The translations under genes were made by a program, and so were the position numbers. The notes beneath the pieces were generated by a model. The model was given only the letters and a program-made list of their open reading frames with translations. It was not told the DNA's origin and did no database searches. DNA of 64,000 bases from Octopus bimaculoides (Eukaryota). The stretch is from assembly GCF_001194135.2 (NCBI RefSeq), contig NC_069000.1, positions 28,172,917-28,236,916 on the forward strand, written 5' to 3'. Below, piece by piece: positions 39,023-52,462 of the stretch. How positions within the stretch are numbered: position 1 is the first letter of the stretch; the number at the start of each line of letters is the position of its first letter.

Positions 39023-39471
39023 ATTATTTACAGTTGACAGATATTTGTCCTCATCTTGTTTGTTATTAACACAACATTTCGGCTGATATACTCTCCAGCC
39101 TTCATCAGGTGTCTTGGAGAAATTTCGAACCTGGGTTCTCATTCCTTAGGTATTTCTCGATGTTATTATTATTATTATTCAGGTCACTGCCTGGAAATTA
39201 AACTCAGAATTTTGGGGTTAGTAGCCTGCGCTCTTAACCACTATGCCATGTGGTATGGTGGTTAAGAGCGCTGGCTACTAACCCCAAGATTCTGAGTTTG
39301 ATTCCAGGCAGTGACCTGAATAATAACAACAACATCGAAAAATACCTTAGGAATGAGAATCCAGGTTCGAAATTTCCCCAAGACACCTGATGAAGGCTGG
39401 AGGGTATATCAGCGAAATGTTGTGTTAACAATAAACAAGATGAGGACAAATATCCGTCAATTGTAAATAAT
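39023..39471. repeat. Palindrome of two head-to-head SINE-like copies (~225-bp arms, essentially no spacer)
   Basis: 39023-39249 is the reverse complement of 39250-39471; tRNA-like A/B-box head next to the centre. Confidence 0.92.
39382..39426 (+). ncRNA. Minimal type I hammerhead-ribozyme-like motif (mirror copy at 39068-39113, minus strand)
   Basis: GACAC-CTGATGA-aGGCTG(loop)CAGC(C)-GAAA-tgt-t-GTGTT: core, stem II and stem I pair up; stem III looks like a CpG-decayed ACGT palindrome. Confidence 0.55.
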
Positions 39472-40639
39472 GTACATAATTCCTCCTCTCTTAAATATAG
39501 AACTGTATTATTTAAATTGTCTTTACATTTTTAAGACAAAAGAGCATAGTTTGAAGATTTGAATAAAATCAAGTCACCATGTAGATACTTCCTTGTCATT
39601 TTCAAATCTTTTTAGCTATTACTGTTTACCGTTGGGCAAGACACATCTTTCTGTTCCTAGTTTGCCTGATTGATAAAAACAAGTTGGAAGGGCATGCAGC
39701 TTAATTACTAACCCAACTCATGCAAGTAAAGAAAAATGAGGGCAAATATAAAAAATGGAGTGGGCAAGTGTTAACAATAATAGTTATAAAAGAAAAATTA
39801 ACTGAGCACATGGGTGCAAGGGGAATAAGAAGTTTGTTTCTTGGCAAACATAATTCCGGATACACTCCCACTTCATGGCTCCTTGCACAATTGCCTTCTA
39901 CCAAAGTCTCATGAATAGAATTTGGTACATGCAAACTGTGGTTCTGGGTTTCATCCTACAGCATGGCACTTTAAGCAAGTGTCTTCTCCTAGAGATTCAA
40001 GTTGCCCTCTGAGTGAAATTTGGTCAATGGAAACTACAAATGCTTGTTAGGTATATATTTGTTTTACATATTTTCCCATGCCAGTAAGATTTGGATGATT
40101 ATTTATTACTGGGGCATTATTACAGCCATTTCCCTTTCCTGTCAGTCACCTATATCTGTTTTCCAAGTAAAGAATTTTTCATTTCTCAAAAGTAGAGCTG
40201 CAGGATGATTTATGTCAATATAATTTCAATTTTGTTGGAGTGAATATAAGTGAAATAATACCAAGGATTGGACTGTGTGAGTGGGCAGGGGAAAATTCCA
40301 TAAGATTATGAGGGGAAATGGTTAGATGGGATTGAGGTAATGGAAGGTGAGAGGTATAAGAGTGGTTCAAGAGGAGGGTTGTTGAATATGCGAGGATATT
40401 GGGAGTGAGAGGAGATGAAAGAGGTGTTAAGGATGGAATATAGCAGAGAAGAGTGAAAATGGCTGGAGGAATATATAATGAGGCAAGGAAGTGGCTCTGG
40501 GGTGGGAGGAAAGAGGAAGGTAATGAAAGGGAGGGGGAATGTCTATAGTATGTGCCTATTTTTCTCTCTAGATGGCTGCCGGATAATATCAGAGATAAAG
40601 AGGTGATAAGTGTTAGGGAATGAGATGTGAAGGAAGATT

Positions 40640-42935
40640 GACAAGGCTGTGGGGCACAACTTCACATGTACACACATTTACCAAGGTGGTTTTATGATAT
40701 TGATTTGTGTTGTGATGGACAGGTTTTCTCAAGTGCAGCAAGGTGCCAGATATCTCATTCCTTAGTCATTTCCGCCTTAAGGCTCAGCATCTTGAGATCA
40801 GCTCTCAATACTTTTCCCATGTCTTCATGGATTTCCGTCTTCCACAAGTTCCATCCACTTTAAGTGACTTTATGCAACTATCCTTGTCCATATGCATCAC
40901 AAGACCAAATCAATGCAGTTTTCTTTCTTGCATTTAATTCCTCTTATACCTGACTTTTCTCTCAATATACTAGCACTGTCATACATGTACACTGACATTG
41001 CACGTCTAAAGGAGCATACTAGTTTCATCTCTCTCTAGTCTTCACATATCTAGTGCACTCAGGGCCCACATCTCAATACCATATAACATAATTCGTACAC
41101 AAGCATCATACAATCATTCTTTCACTTGGAGAGTGAGAGACCCTTAGTTGCCAACAGCACTAAAAGTTCTCTGAATTTTTTTCCATCCTATTCTTAATCT
41201 AGTAATTACACTTTTGGAACATCCTTCTCCACTGTTACTTAGACCACCTAGGTAATAAAAATTATCTACACCCTCTAAAGATCTTCTGGGGCATATGAGG
41301 AAATCATGCATTTTCTACACACAAACACTTTCTCTCAAAGTTCATGTGGTTCTACAGCACCTCTTTTATCCATAGGCCCTTTGATTTCAAGTTTTGCTTC
41401 CATACCTATAATTTCTTTTCTAGTCAGTTTCAGATTCTTCTATGAGAGCAAGATCATCAGCATATAGTAGTTCTCATGGGAATCCAGACTTAAATTCCTC
41501 TGTTATGGCCTGGAGGACAATGGTGAAGAGGGAGGGGCTGAGAACTGAGCCTTGGTGAACTCCTACCTGTACACTAAATTCATCACTACAAATGTCTAAC
41601 TCTTAACTTATTCCTGTACAACTTTCACAATCCTAACATCCTCAGAGACCACCATATCACTGAGTAAGGTACTCTCTTGAAGTTTTTTTTTGCAGATCAA
41701 CAAATGACAAGTATAACAGGTTATTCTTAGCTAAATTCTTCTCTTGCAGTTGCTTGACTATGAAGATAGTGTCAGAAGTCCTTCTCTCCTGCACAAAGCC
41801 AAACTCATTTAATCTAGCACAACTTTCATCACCTGGTCCAGCAATTTGATATCTCTACTTCTATCTAAGGCATCTCCCTTACTCTTGTAGCAGATGACAA
41901 TGATGCTGCTATTTCAGTCATTGGTGGGTAGTCATGCCTTCCTGAATAACTTTATTAACTATACAGGTGACTAGACTGTATCCTACACCACCAGATATTT
42001 TAAGCAGTAACTCCTGATGGACCAGGGGCTTTCTGTCTTCATATCTTTAATTGCCTTACTTATCACACTGCTGTCAATTAGGGTATCTGGTGCTTCTGTT
42101 GATTTCACATAGAGGAGACACCCTTTCTTTCTCCACATTTAATAGGCTTTCATTTCTGAATCACTAAGTGCAAGCATATCATTATCCATTCATACACACT
42201 GTCAGTAGTCCTGAACACCTCAAGTCGCTGATCTTCATACTGTAAGACAATGGCAAACCCTTTCTTTCTGCTCCTGCCCTAGCCAGATAAACCTGTTACC
42301 AAGTTTCCCTTTTAGCTACCTGATATGGTTTTTTTTGCTACCTCCAACTTTCCACTTTTTCCAGACCCATTTCTTCTTTTTTGTGGCCCTATCAACCTCA
42401 CTATTCCACCACCGTGCCACCCTTAGTCTGGCAGCAGATTTGCTGCAGCCACAGATTGTCATCCATATTAGGTTATTCTATAAGAACTTCCAAGTTGTCT
42501 TCTCTGTTATGTCTTTATCTCTTCCTCTTTTTCATCAAATGTTTCATTTAGAACATCACTAAAACTCTAGCTTGAAAGATCCTTCAGCTTCCAGAACCTT
42601 TTCCATATTGGTTTATCTCTCTAGGCCCTTCTAGCCATAAGTCACTAACCACTAACCTATGAAGAGTTGTACATTCTTCTCCCGAGAAGGACTTTGCATC
42701 TGTTTCTGGTGAGAATGTAGTCAATCTCGCTTGTGTACTCACCAGATTGATAGGTGATCAGATGGCTGGCAGGTTTCCTGAAATCAGTATTGCAAATCAA
42801 GCAAGTCATTTGCATCAGAAAACTCCAGCAGCCTTGTTCCCTCATTTCTAGAACCAAGGCTGTAACTGCCATGAAATCTATCAAAGAGCTTCCCAACATG
42901 ACCACTGAAGTGAATGATAATGTTGTCTTTTGTTG
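40640..42935 (-). mobile_element. Degenerate RTE-clade LINE (APE endonuclease plus RT)
   Basis: NTDFRKPASHLITYQSG..SEIDYILTR (APE); GVHQGSVLSP and LLYADDLAL (RT); multiple stops. Confidence 0.88.
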
Positions 42936-43344
42936 AAGAACAAAACCAGTTATCTGAGGTTTTAAGGAATAGTTCTATTAATCTCCTGTTTGAGTGTTTA
43001 AGTTACTGGATTTCTGGATCAGTAGTAGCTGAGCCCTAAGTTAACCCTGGTTGAACAGGCATACAAAATGATCAAGGGAGTTACAGCTAATATCATTGTC
43101 ATTTTGTAATCTTCCCTTTTCAAGGTAGTAGAGTGTGATTTGAGGAAATTTGGTTCCTAGTAAGTCAAATGACTATGCAAATTCCCTCATGGCTTAGTTT
43201 GAGTACTGTATGTTTTCTAATTACATCTAACTTTGCTTGCCCTTCTTACCAAATATTACTTTGCAGTACTACTCTATTTTAGCCAATACTATAGATATGA
43301 TGTTTTGTAGGGAATTACACTCCAAATACCACCTTCCTTTACAG

Positions 43345-43460
43345 AACCAGCATCTTATCCAGATCGAGTACCATTTGATGGGCAATATTATGGAAATGAG
43401 CGAGTCAATTTTGAAGTGACTTCAGCTGATAAAGTCAAACAGGGACGTTCCTCATTTGTG
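43345..43460 (+). CDS. SNX21: SNX21-like coding exon 2 (EPASYPDRVP...VNFEVTSADKVKQGRSSFV)
   Basis: ccttcctttacag acceptor in phase 1 matches exon 1; FEVTSA...V is the start of the PX domain; phase-0 donor gtaagt. Confidence 0.88.
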
Positions 43461-44049
43461 GTAAGTTAGCCCTTTTTTGTCATTGATATTTCTCAACTTT
43501 TGACGTTTTATCTCCCTTTGGTTTTATTACTGGAGAATCCCTTGTAGTCAAGGAAGAATCCATCTGTTAGCAGAAGTATGTGATCTATGAGCTGGAATAG
43601 TATGTTGTCCATTAACGGTAACATACAGCTCTTATCCAAAGCTAAAGATGAATCTAACTTCGAGGTAAGAAAGACAACTGGTGGTGTCTTTTCTGACATT
43701 CACCAGCAACAATTGTGGTAATGTAGAATAAAAAGCTAATAATTGATTTTCTCATGATCAAATGCACCAATATAAAAACATCTGCATGTTCACTCAACAT
43801 ACTAAAAATAGCAGCTAAATTTCCTTTTGTTTCCTAGGTGGGATAGTGTAATTTGAAGGAAATTTGGCTGCTACTTCTAGCAGCCAAATTTCCTTCAAAT
43901 TACAGTCTAGCAGGTCAGGTAACCTCCTAAAATTTTCCTTGTTAAAGCTTTGTAAGGTTGGTTATGTACAAGAACATAAAATGATTTGGTCAATGAAAAT
44001 TGTGCAATTTCAGTCTATCAGCATCAGTGCTAACAGTATTATTGGGAAT

Positions 44050-44280
44050 CCAAACTACTTAGAGACAACTTATCTAGGATAACTAGTACTGGAAGCTCAA
44101 CTATTACCATGTACACACTTATCTCTATTTTCTGATACAATCATAGCAACTCTGAAGAACTTTTCTCCATTTCTGAAATATATTCAGAAGAATTTGCTAA
44201 TTTTTTCCACTTAAAAGAAGTCCAGACTGCCAGTAGTCTAATAAAGATCATAAATACTCTTGAACAATTCATGATGGAAA
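44050..44280 (+). pseudogene. Degenerate intronic duplicate of part of the SNX21 last exon
   Basis: 44161-44280 aligns with ~45795-45920 (atttctgaaata..tattcagaagaatttgctaatttttt...cataaatactct...gatggaaa), with indels. Confidence 0.8.
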
Positions 44281-44367
44281 TTCAGTAGAATTAAAGAGCC
44301 CTGCTTAATGCTATACAATATAGTCTCATCCCTCTACATTTTAAATTCAAAATGTATCAAGGTTCAA

Positions 44368-44875
44368 CATCATTTAATGTCTGTTTTCCATGCTGGCATG
44401 GGTTGATGGTTTGACTGAAAACTGGTAAACCAGGGAGCTGCACCAAGTTCTGATCTGATTTGGCAAAGTTTCTATGGCTGGATGCCCTTCCTAATGCCAA
44501 CCACTCCAAGAGAGTAGTAGGTGTTTTTTCATGTGCTACTGGCACAGGTACCATTGACCTGACACCAGCATCAGCCACAACTACAGTCTCACTTGGCTTG
44601 ACGGGTCTACACAAGCATGGTATATTGCCAAAGGTCTTGGTCACCTGTCACTGCTTCCATGAGGCCCAAAGCTCCAGCAGTGCTTTTTACATGCCAGTTA
44701 GATAGCACTGGCATCAGCCACAGCAACGGTCTCACTTGGTTTGACAGGTCTTCTCAAGCATGGTATATCTCCAAAGCTCTCGGTCACTTATCATTGCCTC
44801 TATGAGGCCCAACATTTGAAGATCGTGCTTCACCACCTTGTCCTATGATGTCCTGGGTCTACCTCATCTACAGGT
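44368..44875 (-). mobile_element. RTE 3'-end repeat
   Basis: catttaatgtc...ggatgcccttcctaatgccaacc signature, shared with 50846-51015 and 53927-54349. Confidence 0.75.
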
Positions 44876-45573
44876 TATAAGGTTGATAATACTTTTTAAT
44901 GGTTCAATGCAGAGGAAGGACAACTCATGACCCCTTGTACAACTTGAGACTAATTGGAATAAGAAAGCCTCAGACTGAACTAGGCTCAAGCCACCCAAAG
45001 ACCAGGTGGTAGGTCAAGTCAACTATCCCAAAACAGATACAGTCCTTGACAGGAGCTTTCACATTTCCTTTCAACCAAAGTAACTGGCACTCCATCAGTG
45101 AGGGTTCTAGTTGAGCCTGCTTGTGAAATTAACATGCAAGTGGCTGAGCATAGTTCTTAGGGAGATTCAGCATAACTCAGAATGTGACAAGGCTGGCCCT
45201 TTGAATTACAGGTACAACTCATTTTTGCCAGCTGAATTGGTTGGAGCAACATGAAATAAAGTGTCTTCCACAAGGACACAAAATGTCACCAGGAATTGAA
45301 CTCTTGACCTTATAATCAAGAGCCAAGTACCCTAACCACTAACTCACATTCCTTCACTACTAAAGTATATACACAGTATTCACTAAGGTACCATGCAATG
45401 AGATTAAACTCAAAACTATATGATTGTATATATCTAATTGAGTAAGATAGACAATACCCCTCCCCTACAAAAACTGGCCTTGAGACTTAAGTAAGAACCT
45501 AATATTTTGCAAGGATGGCAGCAATGATTCAGATATTTGATAATTTAACTGCTTCTTTTTGTTTCAATTATAG

Positions 45574-46257
45574 ATGTACACAGTGCTAATCAGCAAGAAC
45601 TCTGGGATTGATAAAATGCCAACCATGATAGAGAAACGTTACTCTGATTTTGCAAAGCTTCACCACAGGTTGAAAAAGAAGATTCCCCATAAGATGGAAG
45701 ACATTTTCTTCCCTAAAAAACTTCTAACAGGTAACTTCACTAGTGAGACAATTGCTCGTCGTAGCAGAGCATTCGAACAGTATCTCACTCACATTTTCTC
45801 TATTTCTGAAATACGATATTCAGAAGAATTTGCTAATTTTTTCTACCTAAAAGAACTGCAGACTGCCTATAGCCTAATAAATGACCATAAATACTCTCAA
45901 GCAATTCCTTTGATGGAAAAGTATCTTCCCATCCAAGAGAAGGTACATTCAGATGTTCACCCAGATGTCATGCTGACCTTATGTGCAATAGCTGCTTGTT
46001 ACCATCAACTGGACCGACCTTATATGGCTCATCGGTATGCAGAGACAGCACTCAACTGCATGCAAAACTTTGACATTGTAGACAATACCATCTATGTTGC
46101 TCTTCTACAGCTCTCCATTCGGGTGTGCTGGACTTTAGGTAAAGACAAAAGGAATATGGAAGCACAACTTCAGAATCTCCACAAACAGGGTGTTGTTACA
46201 GAAAACACTTGCTCTTTAATGGACATAGTCAAATCACGAATTAGGAAAAGCTACTAG
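45574..46257 (+). CDS. SNX21: SNX21-like last coding exon: PX domain plus helical TPR-like PXB domain
   Basis: RYSDFAKLH...FPKK..GNFTSETIARRSRAFEQYL is typical of SNX20/21; phase-0 acceptor ttatag; the joined CDS is 1221 nt (406 aa). Confidence 0.95.
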   Translation: MYTVLISKNSGIDKMPTMIEKRYSDFAKLHHRLKKKIPHKMEDIFFPKKLLTGNFTSETIARRSRAFEQYLTHIFSISEIRYSEEFANFFYLKELQTAYSLINDHKYSQAIPLMEKYLPIQEKVHSDVHPDVMLTLCAIAACYHQLDRPYMAHRYAETALNCMQNFDIVDNTIYVALLQLSIRVCWTLGKDKRNMEAQLQNLHKQGVVTENTCSLMDIVKSRIRKSY

Positions 46258-48264
46258 AAAAGAAAAATATCAAATTAAGTATAGATTAATTAAATTTCCC
46301 CTTTAAAATTTTATGCAGGAAAATGATTTGATTTTAAATTTAATTTAGCTTTGCTTTTTAAGCATTGAAGCCCCAAATGAAAAGATCTAACCAGCTTGCT
46401 CTATACAAGTATGTTCACTTATAAAAAAGAAACATTAAAATATAGAATGCAACTGAGTCATTCAAAACACCTGAAGAAAAATGTGAACAATAATACACAA
46501 ATAAAAAAAAATAAAGTAAGTAAATAATACTGTTTGAATTTTGTTTCCTTAGCTGAGCTGGTTGTGCAAGTTGTCTATAGAGGAAGGAGCAGCAGATCCC
46601 TTCTACTGACTTAGCTGTGACTCAATGAATTACTTACTAGACTTACACAAATACAAACCCTACTGCTGCCAATGTATTGTGAACATTAGTGTACACAGTA
46701 CTTTCCATGCCTTAAAAAAAAATTCATGCAAAAACCAAGTTTTTGTAAATAAATAAAAAACAGCACTCCATTTCAGAATTTTTTTGTTTATAATCTAGCC
46801 AGAGAAACTGGTGGTGATGGTGGTGGGGAGGGTGTCTTCTGATCAGAGACCTGATCAAATGTTTTCAACAGACTAGACTCCAGGTCGTTTACCAAATTTA
46901 ATTAAAAAAGCATTAGTTGACCCAAAGCTATGATAGAAGACATTTGCTCAAGGTACTGTGCAGCGGGATTGCATTGAAACCATACAACTGCAGAGTGACT
47001 ATAATCACACAATCATATCTACTTCCTATATAGTGAAATGTAAGAGATTTGTTTGGCTAGTTGATTGGAGTTTTATTTATTATTTTCTTTTTACCAGCAA
47101 TGTTGAAACATGCAAATTTGAAGATGGTGAAGGTGAAAAATTGTTAGCCTGCTCACTGAAGGGTCAATAATTAATACCCTGTCACTGTACTGTGTATGTG
47201 TTGCTTGTAGACTCAGTAATAAGTCACTGTAGATAAAGAAAGTTCAGCACACCACAGGTATGAGGATAGTCTTGTAGTGATGGGTTAATAAAAAAAAAGT
47301 TAAAATTAAAATTTAAAAAAAAAATGTGGGAAAACCTGCCTGTCTAGCTAAAGCGAAATGTGTCTCAACTGCTTAATATTTGCCTGGGAGAAAAAGGAGA
47401 TGCAAAAAAGGAGGAAAATCCAAATAAATCTGGGATAAACAGCAGTATGTTGCAAATATTCTGGTAAATGGTGTAAAATTAAATAAAAGGTCTCATGTAA
47501 GATGTGTTACAATTTTCTTTTTGTATGAAAAAAAAAAAAAAATCAATTTTCGACACTATAAAAAATACAAACACACCAACAAATTTGGCATTTCAAAAGA
47601 GTTAAGGCTTGTCTAGAAAACTGAATGTTGAGCCCAACCAGCCAAAGAATCAATAGTTCAAGACAACGAGAAAGTCACTACATGCTTCCTTGACCGGCTA
47701 GAAATAGTAGCCAAATCTGAAATTACATTAAGATCTGCACGTTTCCCATTCAAACTGACTAGAATCAGCCTCTCACACCTACCATACAATGTTATTCTAA
47801 AAATATACAATCATGTTATTGAAATCTCAAAACTACAAGATAATGCATGATAAATTCAAACCATTTGAATAAATAAGCATATGTCTGACAGAGTAATCTG
47901 AATTAAAAAGAATTTTTTAAAAAGACAGAAGAAAATACATCTAGACCTGAATAAACAAACATGAGAAAAAGACTATTAGTAGTTCATATTCCATTATTAG
48001 CACTGTTGTGTTTATAATCAAAATCTTATGCCAAACTTCAATTATGTTGTTCACTACGTAATGTTTGGACCCAATTAAAAAGATAAAAATCAAACACTAA
48101 TTGGTTTGCAAAATAAATGAAATTACTATATTGAAAGAAATTTATTCCAAGTTATTATTTTTTTGCTGTATATACATACACTAGAAGTAAAATTAGAAAA
48201 TAAAAATAATTTTTAGAAAAATTGTTATTAAAGCAATTGATATGCATGCCAAGTAGGTTGTACA

Positions 48265-48302
<38 letters not shown>

Positions 48303-49774
48303 CACACACATACATATATATATATGTAGCACTTTAATTCCTTCATAATCCAAGTCCAGTGTCTACTTCACTTCCATTTATGTATACATACATTAAAAAA
48401 GAAAAAAATACACCATGCAGCTGAGTAATACTGAAAGTATGTACATTTTGTCCTCAATATTGGTTTGAATTAAGAACTTAAAGAACAAGAAACACTAAAT
48501 TAGAAGTGCCATTATTACAAGATTGCATAAATAGCTTACAGCTATAAAACAAAATTCTCTCTCACTCACGCAAGTGAACTTCAGGTTAGTTAAAATATGG
48601 TCTGTGACATAATTTGACTTCTAAAGATAAATTCATTGCATTTACTAGAGATAAAAATTCTTCTTTATGGGATAAAATGTTCAAAAACACCATATCTGCT
48701 CAGTGTCTCTCTAACAGATGTTTCTGACTTTTTAACCTTCTTTAGTAGGAGGTACTGAAGAAAGGCAATCCTAAAACCATAGCTTTATCTTAGAGCAGAC
48801 AATATTAGTGACTGGTTGTGCTCGCAGATTGCCTGGTCAAAATATACAAGTACCAATGCAATGCAGTGATGAGGAATACACAAAGTGAAAGGAAGTCCAT
48901 TAGAGAGAGAGAGAGAGAGAGAGAAAGAGAGCGAAAAGATATGGTGTTTTTACACCCTTTGCCATAAGCGAGAATTTTTTCCTCATGGTAACTGCAGTGA
49001 ATTTGCTCTTAGACGTATGTCACAAATATATTTTCACTAACCTAAAGTTAATTTATTTATCATCACTGATACTATTACATATTTGTGTGTGTGTGTGTGT
49101 GTGTCTATTCCTGAAACAAACAAGCTTTATTCATAACATAGCTAAATTAGAAACTAACGAAATAAATGTAGAAGGACCTTACTTTTTGACAGAACTGTCA
49201 TGGATAAAATAATCTAATAGGAAAAATAATTTTTATTTTAAACTACAATTTAGAAAAGAAAAAAAAAAAGGAAAACGAAACTGGCATGCAGTTATTTGCT
49301 TAAATACTTGGATTCATGGAGGTGACCATTTTAATTGGTATTTGTTAGACTAGGTACTGAAGGCTGATACTCAAAGTTCATGATTATCATCCACAACATA
49401 AAACCCAACACAATCATTATAAGGAGCTTTGTAATCCAAGACATGCCAGCTTTAGCAGGAACAGCAGATGAGGAGACTCCTGGTTCACGCAAACTATGGA
49501 GAAAATGTAAATAAATATATACAAATTAATGAACAAAGTTAAGCAGGAAACAACAAATATGTAGTAAATATATTTTATAAAACATTTTAAATGAGTAGTT
49601 AAAATACTAAATCATTCCACCTGCTAGTAATGACAGCTAAATCCCCTTCAAATGAAGCCTCACCATCTTAAAGAGAGATATAGTAAAAAGGATTTTGCTC
49701 AGAGGTTTGATCAATCAGGGAAATGTTGGGCTAAAAACTATGTTGGGAGGAATTATTCTCATTAAACCCAATCA

Positions 49775-49904
49775 TTATGCTGCAAAGCATATTAAGTACA
49801 AAAAGATCAACAATTGTTGCGCTCTGACTGAATCCATTTTCTGGTTATCGTTGAAATTAACAACACAATCTAATGAAGGCACCTTTATATAGTCACTCAA
49901 CTTT
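49775..49904 (-). CDS. Terminal coding exon of the unidentified minus-strand gene (KLSDYIKVPSLDC...QQLLIFLYLICFAA-stop)
   Basis: tgcttctag acceptor; phase 2 matches the upstream exon; 43 codons to TAA; hydrophobic tail. Confidence 0.7.
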
Positions 49905-50469
49905 CTAGAAGCAGCAACTAATGTTTAAATCATATCCTGCAGTTGAGATAGACTTTGCCTTTCATCCTTTCAGGGTTGATAAATTAAGTACTAGCCAAGC
50001 ACTAGGGTCAATATAATCAACTTACTCCTTCTCATGAAAATTCAGTCTCTGTTCCTATTGCAGAAAGGATTATAATTATTTTGAAAACCTAGCAGCATTT
50101 TGTGTCTTAACATTCTGAGTTCAAACTGCTGCTGAGGTTGACTTTACCTTTCATGGTTGATAAAATAAGTACCAGTTAAGTACTGGGATTGATGTAATTG
50201 ACTTACCCCTTCCCCTGAAATTGCTGGCCTTGTGCCAAAATTTATTATTGTTGACCCACATGACTTGCTTCACTCACCCCACTCCTCCTCCCCTCCTCCT
50301 TTTTTGTTATTGCAGCATGGAGAAGGGTAGGGCAGTAGTATGGCTGTCACAACAGACAATATCTGTATCTCACTCACATGCACACACAAACTCCAAACCC
50401 CTATTTTTTGGCTACCCACCTCCCTTTTTCATTATATCATAGCTCTTCCTTTAAACATATTCCTTTATT

Positions 50470-50842
50470 TTTTTTTTATTTGTTTCAGTCATTTGACTGC
50501 GGGCATGCTGGGGCATCACCTTTAGTTGAGCAAATCGACCCCAGGACTTTGTAAGCCTAGTACTTATTCTATCGGTCTCTCTTGCTGAACCGCTAAGTTA
50601 CAGGGACATAAACACACCAGCATCGGTTGTCAAGCGATGTTGGGGGGACAAACACAGACACACAAACATACATACATATNNNNNNNNNNATACATATATA
50701 TATATGATGTGCTTCTTTCAGTTTCCATCTACTAAATCCATTTACAAGACTTTGGTAGAAGACACTTGCCCAAGGTGCCACGCAGTGGGACTGAACCCGG
50801 AACCATGTGGTTGGTAAGCAAGCTACTTACCACATAGCCACT
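50470..50842 (-). mobile_element. tRNA-derived SINE (same family as 38221-38637), containing a 10-N gap
   Basis: Colinear with the 38221-38637 copy. Confidence 0.85.
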
Positions 50843-51614
50843 GCAATCATTATCATCATTTAATGTCTGCTTCCTATGCTGTCACAGGTTGGACAGTTTG
50901 GCCAGAGCTGGGAAGCAGCACCAAGTTCACATCATCTGTTTTGGCATCATTTTTACAGTTGGATGCCCTTTCTAATGCCAACCACGTGACAGCATGTACT
51001 TTTTATGTTGCATCAGCATAGGTGCTAAGTAAATATAAACAAAGATTAAACTTTTGCGATAAAACTTATAAATAACCCTGATACTTTGGTTAAAAAAACC
51101 CTAGTCATCGGTATAAAGAGCAGGAAAGAGGTTTTGCTTTGTCAGAATTCCTAACTCTTGTGCGTGTGTCTGTGCGTGCAAGTGCACGCACACACATATA
51201 CTTGCTCACATATACATTTTAAATATTTTGAAGCACTGAGAAATTTTAAAATGTACAGCATATGATTTAAATAAAAATATCCTTTCATGGAAAAGAGTTG
51301 ACAATGTTAATGTTTTTTTTTCCTGTGTAAAGGGCTTTTACTTCATATTGGGCACTATTTGTAGCCACATTCACAATTGAACATCAGCATAAAAAGACAT
51401 TCACATGTATAGGTTCACCTTATAGTGTATGTAAATGTTTACATTCTGCACCTTGCAATGTAAAGTTTGAGCAAGAAAAAAATATTTTTAATTGGTAATG
51501 TTGGCTGATATTCCCCATTGAAGAAATTTTTCACTAGTTCTTTAGTTCTGTTGTCATGATATTCATAATATCATGACAACAAAAGTGGAAGATAAATTTG
51601 TAAAGATAATTTAC

Positions 51615-51713
51615 CTTGTGTAGCTGCTTTTGTCTTGATCAGCTCCGCTGTTCAATGGTCTGCGGCGTAAACTGCTACTGAGATGACTACTGCTAATTTG
51701 AGGGTTTGAAGAG
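51615..51713 (-). CDS. 99-nt symmetric (phase 2-2) internal exon (SSNPQISSSHLSSSLRRRPLNSGADQDKSSYT)
   Basis: tttctttttcag acceptor and gtaaat donor; open in the frame required by both neighbouring exons. Confidence 0.82.
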
Positions 51714-52425
51714 CTGAAAAAGAAATATAGCACAGGAGGTTAATGACATTAAATTTATTAACCTACACAAAAATTATTAAATCTAACCAAATTTGCACCA
51801 AGATGTATATCAGAACTGATACGAAGTGTTGGCAAAAAAATTATGAGTGTGTATGAGAGTGAATATGCAAATGAGGGGGAAATAAATTCCCCGTTAGAAG
51901 TAGGTAAAGTTCATTCAAAGCTGAGTTTGAATTTCAGTGTAACAAATAGAAATGAGAAAACTGAAAATTCAGAGTGAAGACGCGACTTCAAATAATTGTA
52001 AAGATAATATCCACAAGACATAAAAACATATGTGGGTATCCCAAATACCAGCCACATCAGTCGATCATCAACAAAAGTAAAGGTTGCTTATACAAGATAG
52101 CTACATATCTTCAATATTTAGTTAATTTGAAGCTATTTAAAAGAAATGCCATAAACTTAATTAAAGGACAGAATGAACTATGATAACAAGCATTTTCATC
52201 CGATACTGCTTGAAACCAGATATGTATGTATGTATGTACATACATATACATGTATATATATATATACACACACAGTTGAGAGGAACATACATCTTCTTCC
52301 ACGAAAAGATAGCTTAAACTGTGCTCTAAATGGAGGTGTAGTCAAATCCTATTTTATGGACTCAACCATGTTCTGAAATAAGTCGAAAGGTAAGCTACTA
52401 TAAATCAGCACGAACTTTCCGGACA

Positions 52426-52461
<36 letters not shown>

Positions 52462-52462
<1 letters not shown>

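Noticed and set aside
40220-40640. Purine-rich tract (with a pyrimidine-rich counterpart at 32460-32900) as a triplex or G4 element
   Set aside because: Low-complexity sequence without mirror symmetry or regular G-runs, so there is no specific support.
43311-43344. Alternative SNX21 acceptor ttttgtag at 43310
   Set aside because: It gives a phase-0 start that is incompatible with the phase-1 donor at 33457. The acceptor at 43344 restores the frame.
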